Assembly: GCF_001194135.2 (NCBI RefSeq)
Contig: NC_068988.1
Coordinates: forward strand, 2,535,903-2,599,902
Origin: Octopus bimaculoides
Lineage: Eukaryota
Direction: 5' to 3'
Length of the DNA stretch: 64,000 bases
Positions 41,481 to 54,104 of this stretch are shown piece after piece. The notes beneath the pieces were generated by a model. The model was not told where the DNA came from, made no database searches, and saw only the letters and a list, made by a program, of their open reading frames with translations. Within the stretch, counting starts at the first letter, position 1; the number at the start of each line of letters is the position of its first letter. The position numbers and the translations under genes are program-made.

Positions 41481-42007
41481 ATAATACATTTGTTGTTTTA
41501 TGTTTGTTTGGTTTGGATGTCTTTCACAGTATCTCACCACTTCTCTTAGTCTTTCTATGTTTGGCAAAGACAGCAACAGAGACAACCAGCTTTAAGATGA
41601 TGATGATGATGATGATGACAGTGGTGGTGTGGCAGTGATGACGATGGTGGTGGTGGCTGGGTGGCTGGCAAGATCTAAGAAAAGATGGTTGCATTGAAAT
41701 TTCCTTTCTGAGAACTGAACCTAGTTAGAGGTGTTCAATACAAGATGAGAGATATTCAAATGGCTGATAATGATTGGAAGGGGTTTAGGGAGCCGTACAG
41801 ACAGAAGGGGACTTTGAATTATAAGGAAATAAAGTATTGAAGCTGAAGTGAGTGGGAATTATTCTTGCTGGAATTAAGCAAGGTGTTAGGGGTTGATAAT
41901 CCATGTATAGACAAACACAATTGTTTCTGTTATCTGGAAACCCCAGATTAAGCAGCAAAATCTTCCTTTAATCCCATCAAATCTTCTTCAAATACCTCCT
42001 TGCTATT

Positions 42008-42221
42008 CTTTTATTCTTTTCTTTTACTCTTTTACTTGTTTCAGTCATTTGATGACTGCGGCCATGCTGGAGCACCACCTTTAGTCGAACAAATCAACAG
42101 CAGGACTTATTCTTTGTAAGCCTAGTACTTATTCTATAGGTCTCTTTTGCCGAACTGCCAAGTTATGGGGACGTAAACACACCAACATCGGTTGTCAAGT
42201 GATGGTGGTGGGACAAACACA

Positions 42222-42258
<37 letters not shown>

Positions 42259-42405
42259 CAGTTTCCATCTGCTAAATCCACTCAGAAAGCTTTGGTCAGT
42301 CCAAGGCTACAGTAGAAGACACTTGCTAAAAGTGTCAAGCAGTGGAACTGAACCACAGACCATGTGGTTGGAAAGCAAACTTCTTAGCACACAGCCATCC
42401 CTGCT
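42008..42405 (-). mobile_element. SINE family A, full length
   Basis: Tail, body, (CA)n and head are collinear with 1111-1482. Confidence 0.85.
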
Positions 42406-42619
42406 CATGGGTGCAGTGTTTTTGACATAGAGTCTGGAACAAAACTAAACAACAATGAAAACTACGTATAGTTTTGAAAGAAAATTAGAATTTGGAGCGG
42501 ACCCTAGACAGTAAAGATGAGACCAGAACAGGGATTCCTTAGCAGCATTATAGAACCCCAGGGTAAACCAATTCACTGACTCCTATAGTAATCATTTATG
42601 AAGAGCAAGCTACAGCATA

Positions 42620-42858
42620 CATAGATTGGAATTGGGTCCCTAGACCTATAACACGCCTGGGACACTGCCCAGCACAACCATAGATTGAGATTAGGTCCCT
42701 AGACCCATAAGGTTCTTGGGACACTGCCTAGCGTGAGCATAGATTGAGATCAAGTCCCTAGATCCATAAGGCTCCTGGGGCACTGCCCAGCACAACCATA
42801 GATTGGGATTTGGTCCCTAGACCCATAGAGCTCCTGGGACACTGCCCAATGTGACCAT
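42620..42858. repeat. Minisatellite, 4 x 59 bp, with 118-bp higher-order alternation
   Basis: Units start with CATAGATTG at 42620, 42679, 42738 and 42797. Units 1 and 3 end CCCAGCACAAC; units 2 and 4 end CCTAGCGTGAG and CCCAATGTGAC. Confidence 0.95.
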
Positions 42859-45369
42859 GTCTTAAGAAGGCCTTGAATTAAGTCTTTAGCTTTCAGATTA
42901 TTGAGTCAAATCTATTGATCATTTATTTCCATTGCTTTTAATTAATCAGGCTTCATGCATTATCTTGTAGCTTTGAGATTTAGATGATGTGATTGTTTAT
43001 TTTTAGAATGACATTGTAGGATAGGTGTGAGAAGCCAGATCGAGCCAATTTGAATATAACACAGGTAGAATATTTTGACCAGATACGGCCAGTGTAAATA
43101 CAAAAGGGTTGATTATACAGTGTGTCTTGTGCAGGTTTGTGCAGCAAACAGCGTTTTTTTCCTGCAGTGTTTCCTGTCATACACTTTCCTTGCACATTTT
43201 CATCGTCTATTGACAGCTTTCAGTTTAGAAATGGAAGACTATGAAATATTTACGTGTTGTACTTAGGAAAATAATTCAATAAGAAATAATTGGAATTAAT
43301 AAAACAAACCAATTTTGTTTTATTAATCTAGTTTTTCATAGCTTGTTGTGGTTGTTGAATCCTTTTGCTATGGAGTAAAGTATCTTATAAATATTGCTGT
43401 TTTTTTTTTCTTTTCTCAGATATTTATAACTCTTCCTCCTGTCTCTTTCTCACTTATGCCTTATTTTTTATATTTTCCCAAACAGAGAGAAAAATAATCA
43501 CAACTCTCTCTGATAAGACATGTTAAATTGCTAAAGTTCTTTGTTTTGCAACTTGGTGAGATAGTTGTTATTATTCTGACCCAATTCCTTACAAGACATT
43601 TCATTTTGCTTTTAATTTAGATTACCAGAATCTTCTATTTCAATTATTTTTCTTTTCTTCCTTAGGCTGGCTTGTTATTGATGAGTTTTCAATCAATCAT
43701 AGTTTTGAATATCATGACAATATTCTGATAGTAATGACACTGTCTAGCCTTTGTTGTAGAAACACATGGCAATATCCTATGCTGTTTCCTTTTGTTTTGA
43801 TAAACCATATTTTTACTAATCTCTATTGATCAAGTAATATGGCAAGATAACATTGAACCAAGATGGAACACCTTGCTATATTCTACATTAGCAGAATCCC
43901 TTACCTGTTACCATCACTTGGTTGATAGATTATCTTATAGAGATAAAATAGTAGAAGTGAAATGCTAAAAATAGTTTATTTATATTAATTATATTAATTA
44001 TATTAATTATATTAGTAATATTATCTATATTAATTGCTGGTAGGGACACAGTGTTTCATTTTGCAACCATAATAATTCACTACCAAGCATTTGTGGATGG
44101 TAAATGTGTTGGATGTGGAACTGAAGAAAGTGCAAGAACTCCTGAAATATGTATATACAACCATCACCTATCTTTCTATCTTCGATCATAATGTTTATAT
44201 AGACGTATTTGTATATGAAACATTGTAACTTTAGGTACTGGCTCTGATTTTTATAGAAAATCTAGAGATAAATGTAAAAAAAATTATTTCTAATACATTA
44301 TTTAAGGAGACGGAATGGTAGACATTTACTATGCAATGTAATTGGAAATGTGATTGCCCAGCAAGAGATAGATTTTTGGTTGCCGTTTGTTAGTCATCTG
44401 TGAGCATGATGTGCTTTTCTGTTTAAAATTGCAACTTATCATGTTTAATATGAAGTAAGATAATTTCCAAGATGAAGAGATTTAGCTGAGCACTTGTCAT
44501 CTGCCAGTAACTTACCAAGTTCTTGGTGTTAATTCAATATTTCTGTTTATATAGTTTTAGCACCACATTGTCTGGGAAATGTCCTATAGAAATCACCTGA
44601 AGTTTTCTTCAGATCATCAGAATTGCAGCAAAATCATATATTCTATCATTTCAGTCTCTCAGTATGCTACAATTATTGTTTAAGTATTATGAAAATAAAA
44701 TGCAGAGACAATCCAGGAAACCATTAATAAAAAATAATACATCTCTTCTAGAAAGTATTTTGAAAATTTGTCATATGAAGTATGCACAAATTTCTTTACT
44801 TCTTATCATGAACGAAGTTGGTAATTTAAATTCATGTTTTTATAACAGTTGGAAAATAAAGAACAAGATGATTAATTTACTTTCTATGCAATGTAAAACC
44901 TATTTCACAGCAAGGAAGGTTCCTTTTTGCGAAGACAGAAACAAGCAAAATAAAAAACAAACAATGCCAAGACAGATTTTACTGCAAAGAATAAAAATCT
45001 CTTTAAAGGTTTGCTAAAATGTATCTTATCAATGTTACTACTTATCATTTGTTAATAATATAACTTTTAGAATCTTTAAACATCTCTAGGCACTGTCTGC
45101 AAACCGTTAGCTTACAACAACACCTAGAATCATTAAAAGAATTTCTACTTACTAAATAACTCAATGGAATATAATGTTGCATAATCTTTAAAAACAATTC
45201 TTGATTACAATTCATCGACAACAATTTTAATGAGGGATTATAAAAGAAAATGTCAATTATATATCACCAGTGCCAGAAACAGTGACAATGGTCAGGAGGA
45301 TCAAAACCAATTCCTTTTAATTCTATCCATAATTTCATTTTCAGAAACAAACTAAAACAATATTTCTCT

Positions 45370-45588
45370 TAATCCTGTCTACTATAGGCACAAGGCCTAA
45401 AATTTGGTGGGGGCTAGTCGATTAGATTGACCCTAGTGCACAACTGGTACTTAATTTATCGATCCCAAGAGTACGAAAGGAAAAGTCAACCTTGGAGGAA
45501 TTTGAACTCAGAACATGAGCAGCAGACAAGATACTGCTAAGTATTTTGTCTGGTATGTAACGACTTTGTCAGCTCGCAGCCTTCTATA
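45370..45588 (-). mobile_element. SINE family C
   Basis: ctactataggcacaaggcctaaaattt...caactggtacttaatttatcga...gaatttgaactcagaac...gtcagctcgcagcctt. Confidence 0.8.
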
Positions 45589-45689
45589 TTTCGCTTAACC
45601 AATGGTACATAATTTATTTAGATGTATCCAGGCCATAAAAAATATGACAGACAATTATTGTAATCAATTTGTTTGGATTAATCATTCTA

Positions 45690-46248
45690 CAAGGGTGAGT
45701 CAAAAAAAAGTAATGCCATTTTGCTTAGGACAGGTATAATTACCAACACAGGAACATGTATCATTCCCCAAAATGAAGCTGGTCCTCTGTGGATCACATC
45801 CCTACTTCTCAACATAGTCACCATATCTCTCAATAGCAATGTTCCACCTTCGAATGAGAGCATGTATTCCTGCCCCATAAAATTCTGTTGACTGTTCTTT
45901 GAACCATTTCTTCACTACAGTTTTCACTTCCTCGTCACTGGAATAGCGTTTGCTTCTCAAACCCTCTTTCATGGTGTCGAAGAGATGATAGTCTGAAGGC
46001 GCTAAATCTAGTGAGTGTAGAGGTAGTGAAGAAGTGGCTCAAAGAACAGTCAACAGAGTTTTACGGGGCAGGGATACATGCTCTCATTCGAAGGTGGAAC
46101 ATTGCTATTGAGAGAAACGGTGACTATGTTGAGAAGTAGGGATGTGGTCCACAGAGGACCAGCTTCATTTTGATGTATGACACATGTTCCTGTGTTGGTA
46201 ATTATACCTGTCCTAAACAAAATGGCATTACTTTTTGACTCGCCCTCG
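45690..46248. mobile_element. Mariner-derived fold-back element (two 3' ends in inverted orientation), TA target duplication
   Basis: Arms 45690-45918 and 46023-46248 are about 93% complementary by eye, with TA at 45688-89 and 46249-50. The minus strand encodes DLAPSDYHLFDTMKEGLRSKRYSSDEEVKTVVKKWFKEQSTEFYGAGIHALIRRWNIAIERYGDYVEK*, the mariner YSPDLAPSDYHLF C-terminus. Confidence 0.92.
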
Positions 46249-46627
46249 TATTTATGAAAACAACTTTTTGCCTAATTTTTAAAAACTGGGATCAGATTTT
46301 TTAACCAGTAATTGCTATCTCACATAATGGTGAAACATTTTAATCAATGGAGAAAGTATAAAAACGAAGTAATTTCGATTCATTTTCTTTTATTTATCTA
46401 AAAGTTTAAGTTATGCTTAGTTTAAGTTATGATGGTGAAAAAGAATCTGCTTGTTGAAACGGCGCAAAAGAAATTACAATTCTTTGTTTAACAAAGAAAA
46501 AGAAAATTGATTAAATGATGCAAGTATTACATGCAAAGCTACACACACACACAGATTATATACACAAAGAATCTAGGGTTGTGTGTATGTGTATACATAT
46601 ATATGCAAGTACATATATGTTTGTATA

Positions 46628-46727
46628 TATATCATCATCATCGTTTAACGTCCGCTTTCCATGCTAGCATGGGTTGGACGATTTGACTGAGGACTGGTGA
46701 AACCGGATGGCAACACCAGGCTCCAGT
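46628..46727 (-). mobile_element. SINE-like family B, 5'-truncated young copy
   Basis: Exact reverse complement of 29678-29762, plus a (TGA)n tail. Confidence 0.85.
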
Positions 46728-47330
46728 ATATATGTGTGTGGATGTGTGTACACACACACACACATAAACAGAGACAGACATAATTAGAAGACCATCAGAC
46801 AAAAATGCCTTAGAGTATTTTATATATGTAATTATATTTTAATAATTCTTCCCTGCAGCCAAAATGTCTTTTTTTTTTACAAAACTATTTACTGTTTTGG
46901 CAGGTTTGCTCTTCAAATATTGTCTAACGCTTTTTATACACCACGTAGTTTATTGTTNNNNNNNNNNNNNNNNNNNNNNNNNNNNNNNNNNNNNNNNNNN
47001 NNNNNNNNNNNNNNNNNNNNNNNNNNNNNNNNNNNNNNNNNNNNNNNNNNNNNNNNNNNNNNNNNNNNNNNNNNNNNNNNNNNNNNNNNNNNNNNNNNNN
47101 NNNNNNNNNNNNNNNNNNNNNNNNNNNNNNNNNNNNNNNNNNNNNNNNNNNNNNNNNNNNNNNNNNNNNNNNNNNNNNNNNNNNNNNNNNNNNNNNNNNN
47201 NNNNNNNNNNNNNNNNNNNNNNNNNNNNNNNNNNNNNNNNNNNNNNNNNNNNNNNNNNNNNNNNNNNNNNNNNNNNNNNNNNNNNNNNNNNNNNNNNNNN
47301 NNNNNNNNNNNNNNNNNNNNNNNNNNNNNN

Positions 47331-47391
<61 letters not shown>

Positions 47392-47758
47392 ATGTATATA
47401 TATAGTACGTAGATAGATTTACAATTCAAGCTGTGTCCTTATGAAACACATCACCATATTCCAGTATTCCTAAGTATATTTTCTAAGAGAGTTGGAAATA
47501 CTGCAGAATACTGCAAAATATTGGTAAATACTTTTTGCAGAGTAATTACATATCAAGTCATGACTGGAAAATTTTTGACATCATTTATTCCCCATTACAT
47601 ATGTTTCACTTCTAATAGGAGTTACATAGGTAATTCCTGCTAGTAACGAAGCATCTATGATGGAGAATAAATAATTTTCAAAAATTTTCCATTCATATGT
47701 TTTCATACAAATATATCTTCATCTATCTATCTGTCTGTCTGTCTGTCCGCCTGCCTGC

Positions 47759-47798
<40 letters not shown>

Positions 47799-47807
47799 AT
47801 ATGTATA

Positions 47808-47858
<51 letters not shown>

Positions 47859-48489
47859 ATATATATATATATATACATTCTTTTGCATTCTTATTAGATA
47901 AAACTTACGTTATATTATTTTTAAAATATATTTTCCTCATCTAAATATTAATTTGAATAATTTTGTTTATTTATTTTACACTGTTTGAGTACTTATAGTG
48001 AAAACTGAAGTCCAGTAAAGTGAGGGTGAGAGATGATATTTCTGGTATTAGAACATCGTATTGTTGTATACATTGTTAATTCACTCATAGGAAACATAAA
48101 ACTTTCAAATGAATGAAAGCATCATAAAATCTGATATTAAACTACCTTATAATAATTTACCAGTTGATTTACATTTTATTTCATCTTCCAACCGAGCCTT
48201 AACCAGAAACCTAAGGCACGTATATATTAGATGGCGAGAAACTTCTTGAGAACGTGGGTGGTTGATGTTAACACAATTTTTTGATTGTGATTATTGTTAC
48301 TGATGAGTGCATGCCATCAAAGTGACCCTGGGGTAGAATATATGAAGCCCAGTATACCCAACATGACTACCCATCTGATAAAAGGTACAGCAGGCATATG
48401 CATCACGACCATATGTGTGTGACATGGTAATCTTATACCAAGATAAATAGCACATGACCTTGCAGGTGGGGCCTAGTTAGAATTCAATA

Positions 48490-49225
48490 TCGTGAGGTTG
48501 TTGATTAAAGATATTGTGTCTACCCGGGGTTTGTATTGTTTGTCAAGTCACAACAAGGACCTCAGACGGTATTTTACCCAATATTCATGCAGTTCCAAGT
48601 TCCAAGACTTTTGCAATACATCTAGATTGCAGTAGGGTATTTCTAAAGTTTCCAGATGTTTCTTCAGCTTGGGTGATATTGAACCCAATGCTCCGATGAC
48701 AATAGGGGCAACCTTTATGTTTGACTCTCATAGCTTCCACATCTTGGCAATCTCAATTCTCAGGTATCCATATTTATCAACCTTTTCTCCTTCTTTCATG
48801 ATGATACGTTGATCTTTTGCCACAGCCACATCGATTATTAGGCACTCTTGTTTCTCCCACCTAAAGGTTACTATATCTAGCCTTCGGTACTCTAACACCT
48901 TGTCTGTCTGGAAATCAAAGTCCCAGAGGATTTTTGCTTTCCCCTTTTCGTCCATTACCTTTTCCAGTGTAAGCTGGTACCAAGCACCCTTTACCTTGTA
49001 TCCATACTTCCAGCATAGTATCCAGTGAAGGTTTTGGGGCTACCTTGTGTCTGCATTTGTACTTTTTCTGCACAAAACTTCCACAAACACTAACAATGTG
49101 AATCATGCTTTCGACCCTCTTCCCACACATTCTGCAGAGGCTGGTTGCACTTGTGTGGTATATGTCCCTTTTCACTTCACAAAGCTGGGATTCAATGCCT
49201 GGTCTTCTTTTTTAGGTCACCTTGT
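48490..49225 (-). mobile_element. R4/Dong-like non-LTR retrotransposon 3' part (CCHC knuckle + restriction-like endonuclease)
   Basis: CRMCGKRVESMIHIVSVC, then (frameshift) KILWDFDFQTDKVLEYRRLDIV...LIIDVAVAKDQRIIMKEGEKVDKYGYLRIEIAKMW, then VAPIVIGALGSISPKLKKHLETL. Confidence 0.85.
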
Positions 49226-49340
49226 TTTATTGACTCTGAAAGGAAGAACGGAAGAATCAACTTTGGCAGCATTTGAACTCAGAATGTGAAGTCAGCTGAG
49301 CATTTTCCCCTGGCACATTAAGGATTCTGCTGACTCAGAG
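49222..49340 (-). mobile_element. SINE family C fragment
   Basis: tttattgactctgaaagga...gcagcatttgaactcagaatgtgaag...gagcattttccc...gattctgctgactca. Confidence 0.6.
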
Positions 49341-50572
49341 AGTTCTGCATATTAAAAACCACATTCATTAAAGTCTTACAAATGTAAGATTTTGAGTTGG
49401 AAATTTTTGATTTCTTGAGATTAATTTTTAATGCAATCTGTAAAGAAAAATTCTGACTGAAAGTATTTAAAGTCTAAAACTGACAATAAAGGGAGATAAC
49501 TGAAATAAAATCACGACTTGAAAATGTTTTTATTAGAAATGAAGACGTTGCAGATGTAAGCTTAGCTGAGTTTGTTGAAGTTTTTTTCCTCTTTCAACTC
49601 ACTACTTTACAAATATGAAACTCTAGCAAGAGTAGCAATATTAACTGCAACAAATCAAGTTTATAAAGAGAAGAAAAAGAATTGCTTTGTCAATTGGATA
49701 AAGAATGAAGTCAGTGTAAAAATGTGTGCTATCTCAGATATTTAGCATGTTTCAATGGTTATCCTTGCTCTTTGAAGTAACTTATCAACATTTACTGTTA
49801 AATCTAAAAAGATTAACCAAGCTTTCATTTCTACATAATATCTTCTGTGATATTTTTTTCTCTCTTCCTCTGTTTGTCTTTCATTAATAAGATGAAATAT
49901 TCTGTGCCACAAATAACAAAGAAAATGTTCTTGGTTTTCTTTTTGCATAAAAGACTACATTTATAAATAATGAATTTTTAAAGAAAAAATATATATCCAA
50001 AATCAAGATAAAGATATTGGAAATTATATTTTAATTAAAACTCTTTCACTTTTAGTTTCCTTTGATTTACAAAAGTAGATGCCAAGAAAATAAATGAATT
50101 GTTTTCTACATTTCAATTTGTTGTTGTTTTGTTGTTGTACTGATGTGGATTAATAAAGTACACATGTTCAGATATGTACATGCTGTTGTTGCAGTTGCTG
50201 TTGTTGTTGTTGTTGTTGTTGTTGCTGTTTCTGTTGTATGACGCAGTTGAGTTAGACATTCTCCAGATAAGTTAATGCTTTGACTAATGCAGTAACTTAT
50301 TTCAAAGTTCCGCTATTTCTATAAAAACTGTAAAATTTCATTCCATTTATTAAAGAGAAGTTGTTGCTATTTTCAATATTTAGCCCTTGGAAAGCAGCAA
50401 AAGCTGGTAGAACCATTAGTCAAACATTGAAATCTATGTTTTATTAAACCTGATTGTTTAGTTACAGATGTCTGCGGTATTTGTATGATCACCTAGACTA
50501 CCCCTGGTTGTAACATCCAGTTCCAATTGTATGGATGGAGACCCACATGTTTGCACATTAAATAACTTTTTC

Positions 50573-50945
50573 TAATTTTGACATAAGGCCAGAAATTTTA
50601 AGGGGAGGGGCAAGTTGATTACATTGACTCCAATGCTCAGCAGGTACTTAATTTGTCGACCTTGAAAGGATGAAAAGCAAAGTCAATATCAGCTGAATTT
50701 GAACTTAGATCTTAAAGCACCAAGAAATATTGGTTTCGAATTTGAGCACAAGGCCAGCAATTTTGGGGGTGGGGCAAATCGATTACATCGATTACCCCAG
50801 TGCACAGTTGGTACTTGTTTTATCAACTCTGAAAGGATGAAAGGCAAAGTCAACCTCGGCGGCATTTGAACTCAGAATGTAGGGGCAAACGAAATACTGC
50901 TAAGCATTTTGCCCAGCATGCTAGCGATTCTGCCAGCTCACTGCC

Positions 50946-50978
<33 letters not shown>

Positions 50979-51233
50979 GAAATAGAAATAATCCATTTCT
51001 AAATCTCTCAGAGAGATTTATGCAGTAGCAGCATGATAAACTGATAGTATGTTGCCAACTTAATGGGACAGTCCCATGAAAGGGAAGAATGCTACTATCA
51101 TTTAGCACTAGGAAACATAAGGACACAGGAAATGTGTCAGGTCCAACAGGAAACACCGTTTCCTAGGGCTAAATAACAGTAACATTCTTCCTTTTTATGA
51201 GACTGTCACATTAAGTTGACAACATACTATCAC

Positions 51234-51271
<38 letters not shown>

Positions 51272-51797
51272 TAATAATAATAATCCTTTCTACTATAGGT
51301 ACACAGCCTGCATTTTGTGGGGAGGGGGAATGTTGAACACATCGACCCCAGCACTCAACTGGGACTTAATTTATCAACCCCGAAAGGATAGAAGGCAAAA
51401 TCGACCTTGGTGAAATTTGAACTCAGAACGTTGTGCCAGATGAAATACTGAAAAGCATTTTGCCCAGCATGCTAATGATTCTTCCAGCTTGTCACCTTAA
51501 GAGTTTGAACTAAGAACTGTAAGCATTTGCCTGTAAGCATTTGCCCATCTTGCTAACAATTAAAAAAGCAGGAAAAAAATATTGATTTGAAATTTTGGTG
51601 CGAGGCCAGCTGTTTTAAGGGGAGGGGATAAGTTGCTTACATCAACCACCAGTACTCAGCTGGTATTTATTTTATCGACTCCAAAATTATGAAAGACAAA
51701 GTCAACGTCAGCAGAATTTGAACTCAGAACATAAGGACTGACGAGATGCTACTTAGCCTTTTGTCTGACACGCAAACAATTCTGCCAGCTTACTTTC
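50573..51797 (-). mobile_element. Cluster of four same-orientation family C SINEs (approx. 50573-50725, 50733-50946, 51286-51499, 51586-51797)
   Basis: Each shows cacaaggccagc...tcgattacat.gaccccag...tggtactt.ttttatc.a....gaaaggatgaaaggcaaagtc.ac...tttgaactcagaa. The core motif resembles the conserved central domain I recall from Sauria/Meta-type SINEs. Confidence 0.85.
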
Positions 51798-52319
51798 CTC
51801 TGCACCTTAAATAACAGAAACATTACATGTGTATGCAGTGGCGAATCAGTTCAAAAATTAGTTCCAACTTGTAAATTAGACCCCCATCATATCAAATTAG
51901 TCCAAATTCCCAAATTAATCCAAGTTTACTTGTTGGTTCAATTGCTGTCATTGGTTTCGGTTTCCTCAAAGCAATTCTCATGCTTGAAGCAAGTTTCAAA
52001 AGTGCAAAAACATTATTCAGAATATACTTTTTCAGATCTCATCCAACTGATACAAACTAAATTACAAGAAGAAAATTAACTAACGAATTAATTTATGTCT
52101 AATTTTAGAGATTTAAAAAAAATTCTCTTTTATTTTATTTTATTTTATTTTATTTTTTTGAAGTGAGAGTTCTTTTGAGTATCTTCTACACGTTTCCATT
52201 GGACTCAACATTAAACTAATTATTTGAAAACTAATTCACAGATTCCTTCGTAACTCTCCAACCTTGTGACTAATCATGCTGCTTTCATTCTTAATTTGAC
52301 TTTTCTAAGAAATACTGAT

Positions 52320-52347
52320 TGACTTCATCACTGTTGTCTTGTCAATT

Positions 52348-52379
<32 letters not shown>

Positions 52380-52746
52380 CATTGTTGTTGTTGTTGTTAG
52401 TCCTTTGTGCAGCAGATAAAGGGCTTCAATCACCTTCTATTTTAATGCTGCTTTTCGCAGTGTCAGTTTTGTTATTCATTATCAAAATCCCGCCAAAACT
52501 CTTTTATACTTTCTCATTGCTTTGTCTCAAGTTAAATCATCATAAGGTTCTTCACGATAACCATCATCATTATCTCATCTCCCATAACAGACATCATCAA
52601 CATCCAATTCTTGTAAGCGCCAACATCCTCATCGCCTCCAACCCTTTCGCCATCACCGTTACCATCGAAACTTATAAGAAAACCAGTTCTATTGATATCA
52701 TTGCCAACGCTATCACCAACACTGTAGCTCTCACATGACCAACTAT

Positions 52747-52816
<70 letters not shown>

Positions 52817-53000
52817 GTAGTATTAGTCTTCTTTGTTGTTTCATTAATTCCCTTGTTGCTGTATTTGTTATCAGACCATCATCATCATCATCATTGTCAT
52901 CATCATCATCATCGTCATCATCATCATCGTCATCATCATCGCTATTAAACTTTTTCTGTTCCTCTTTGCCTTCCTTCATCATTATCATCATCCTCATCGC
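52320..53000. repeat. Compound (ATC)/(AAC)/(CAT)n low-complexity region
   Basis: Directly visible, including (AAC)n at 52749-52815. Explains the poly-N/S/L/D ORFs. Confidence 0.9.
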
Positions 53001-53288
53001 TAGCATGAAGATACAGATGTTGTTGGTGGTGGTCAAATATGGATGAAACTGAAAGTGGCTTAAGCAATGATGCAGTTTTGCCAGTGTAGAAGATGAAAGA
53101 TAGACTGATAAGCAAACATTACCATGAATCAGGTTTGCCTTATCACAACCTTTACATCTATAAAACAAGCAAGAAAATGGGACCAAACCATAACAAGGCA
53201 CTAAAGGATTCATGGAAAATTCTTGTATTTTAATATTTTACTTTATTTGGGTTTTTTTCCCCTTATCAAACTACTTTCCTTTGCCGGA

Positions 53289-53367
<79 letters not shown>

Positions 53368-54104
53368 GCTTTATCTCTTTATTGTTTCCATTCTTTTATA
53401 ATAAAAATGCTTTATTGCAGAAAAGGATGTCAGAATATGTAGAATTCTTCAATATGGTATTTTATAATCATGAGATCTTCTCTTAAAAGACAGCAACAAA
53501 TTTGTCAAGATTTTGCTGCTTTCTGAAGTAAATTGGGTGACTTTTGACATCAAGAAGATGATCGTTGTGGTGGTCATGGTTGAAATGGTGCTTCTGAGGA
53601 TCAAAGATGTTGGTGGTAGTGTATTTATGGAGAGTCATTGGATGGTGCTTCTACAGGTAAAAGATGATGGTAAAGACAATTATAGTTTATTATGTTATGG
53701 CTTATTATGATGATGATGGTGATGATGTTTTGCATGAATTCAAATATTGATGATTAAAAAAGAAAAAAAAAGTCACTCCTGATCTTAAAAGGACAAAACT
53801 ATTGAACTAACAATCTGTTACACTTGATCTCCTATGAGTGATTTATTGCAAATAGAGAATCCCAGAGAGATTAATGTTTCCTTGTAGAGGATGACAGATT
53901 ATTGAAGGAGACACTTCTGGGACCTATTTTTGATCATGAAATGAGTTGAGACAATGAAATAAAAGTTCACCATCTTAAATATGGCACCACTAACTTAACC
54001 TTTGTTTTAATATGAAATTTGTGAGTAACTTATTCTCTAAAATAGGGATCAGTAACTTCTTTTTATGACTGCCCATCCATGGTCCATATACGTATCATAT
54101 TTCA

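Noticed and set aside
42620-42858. CRISPR array
   Set aside because: The whole units are homologous with no unique spacers, the context is eukaryotic and no cas genes are present.
43700-43930. Possible PLE RT remnant (QGVPSWF)
   Set aside because: A single degenerate motif is not enough to support a feature.
44575-44620. Minus-strand CTGATGA followed by a 7-bp hairpin (TCTGAAG-AAAA-CTTCAGG)
   Set aside because: No GAAA follows the stem, so it is not a hammerhead.
46687-46712. CTGAGGA-CTGGT-GAAAC in the family B antisense strand
   Set aside because: Five nucleotides cannot form helix II, and there is no cleavage triplet with helix I support.
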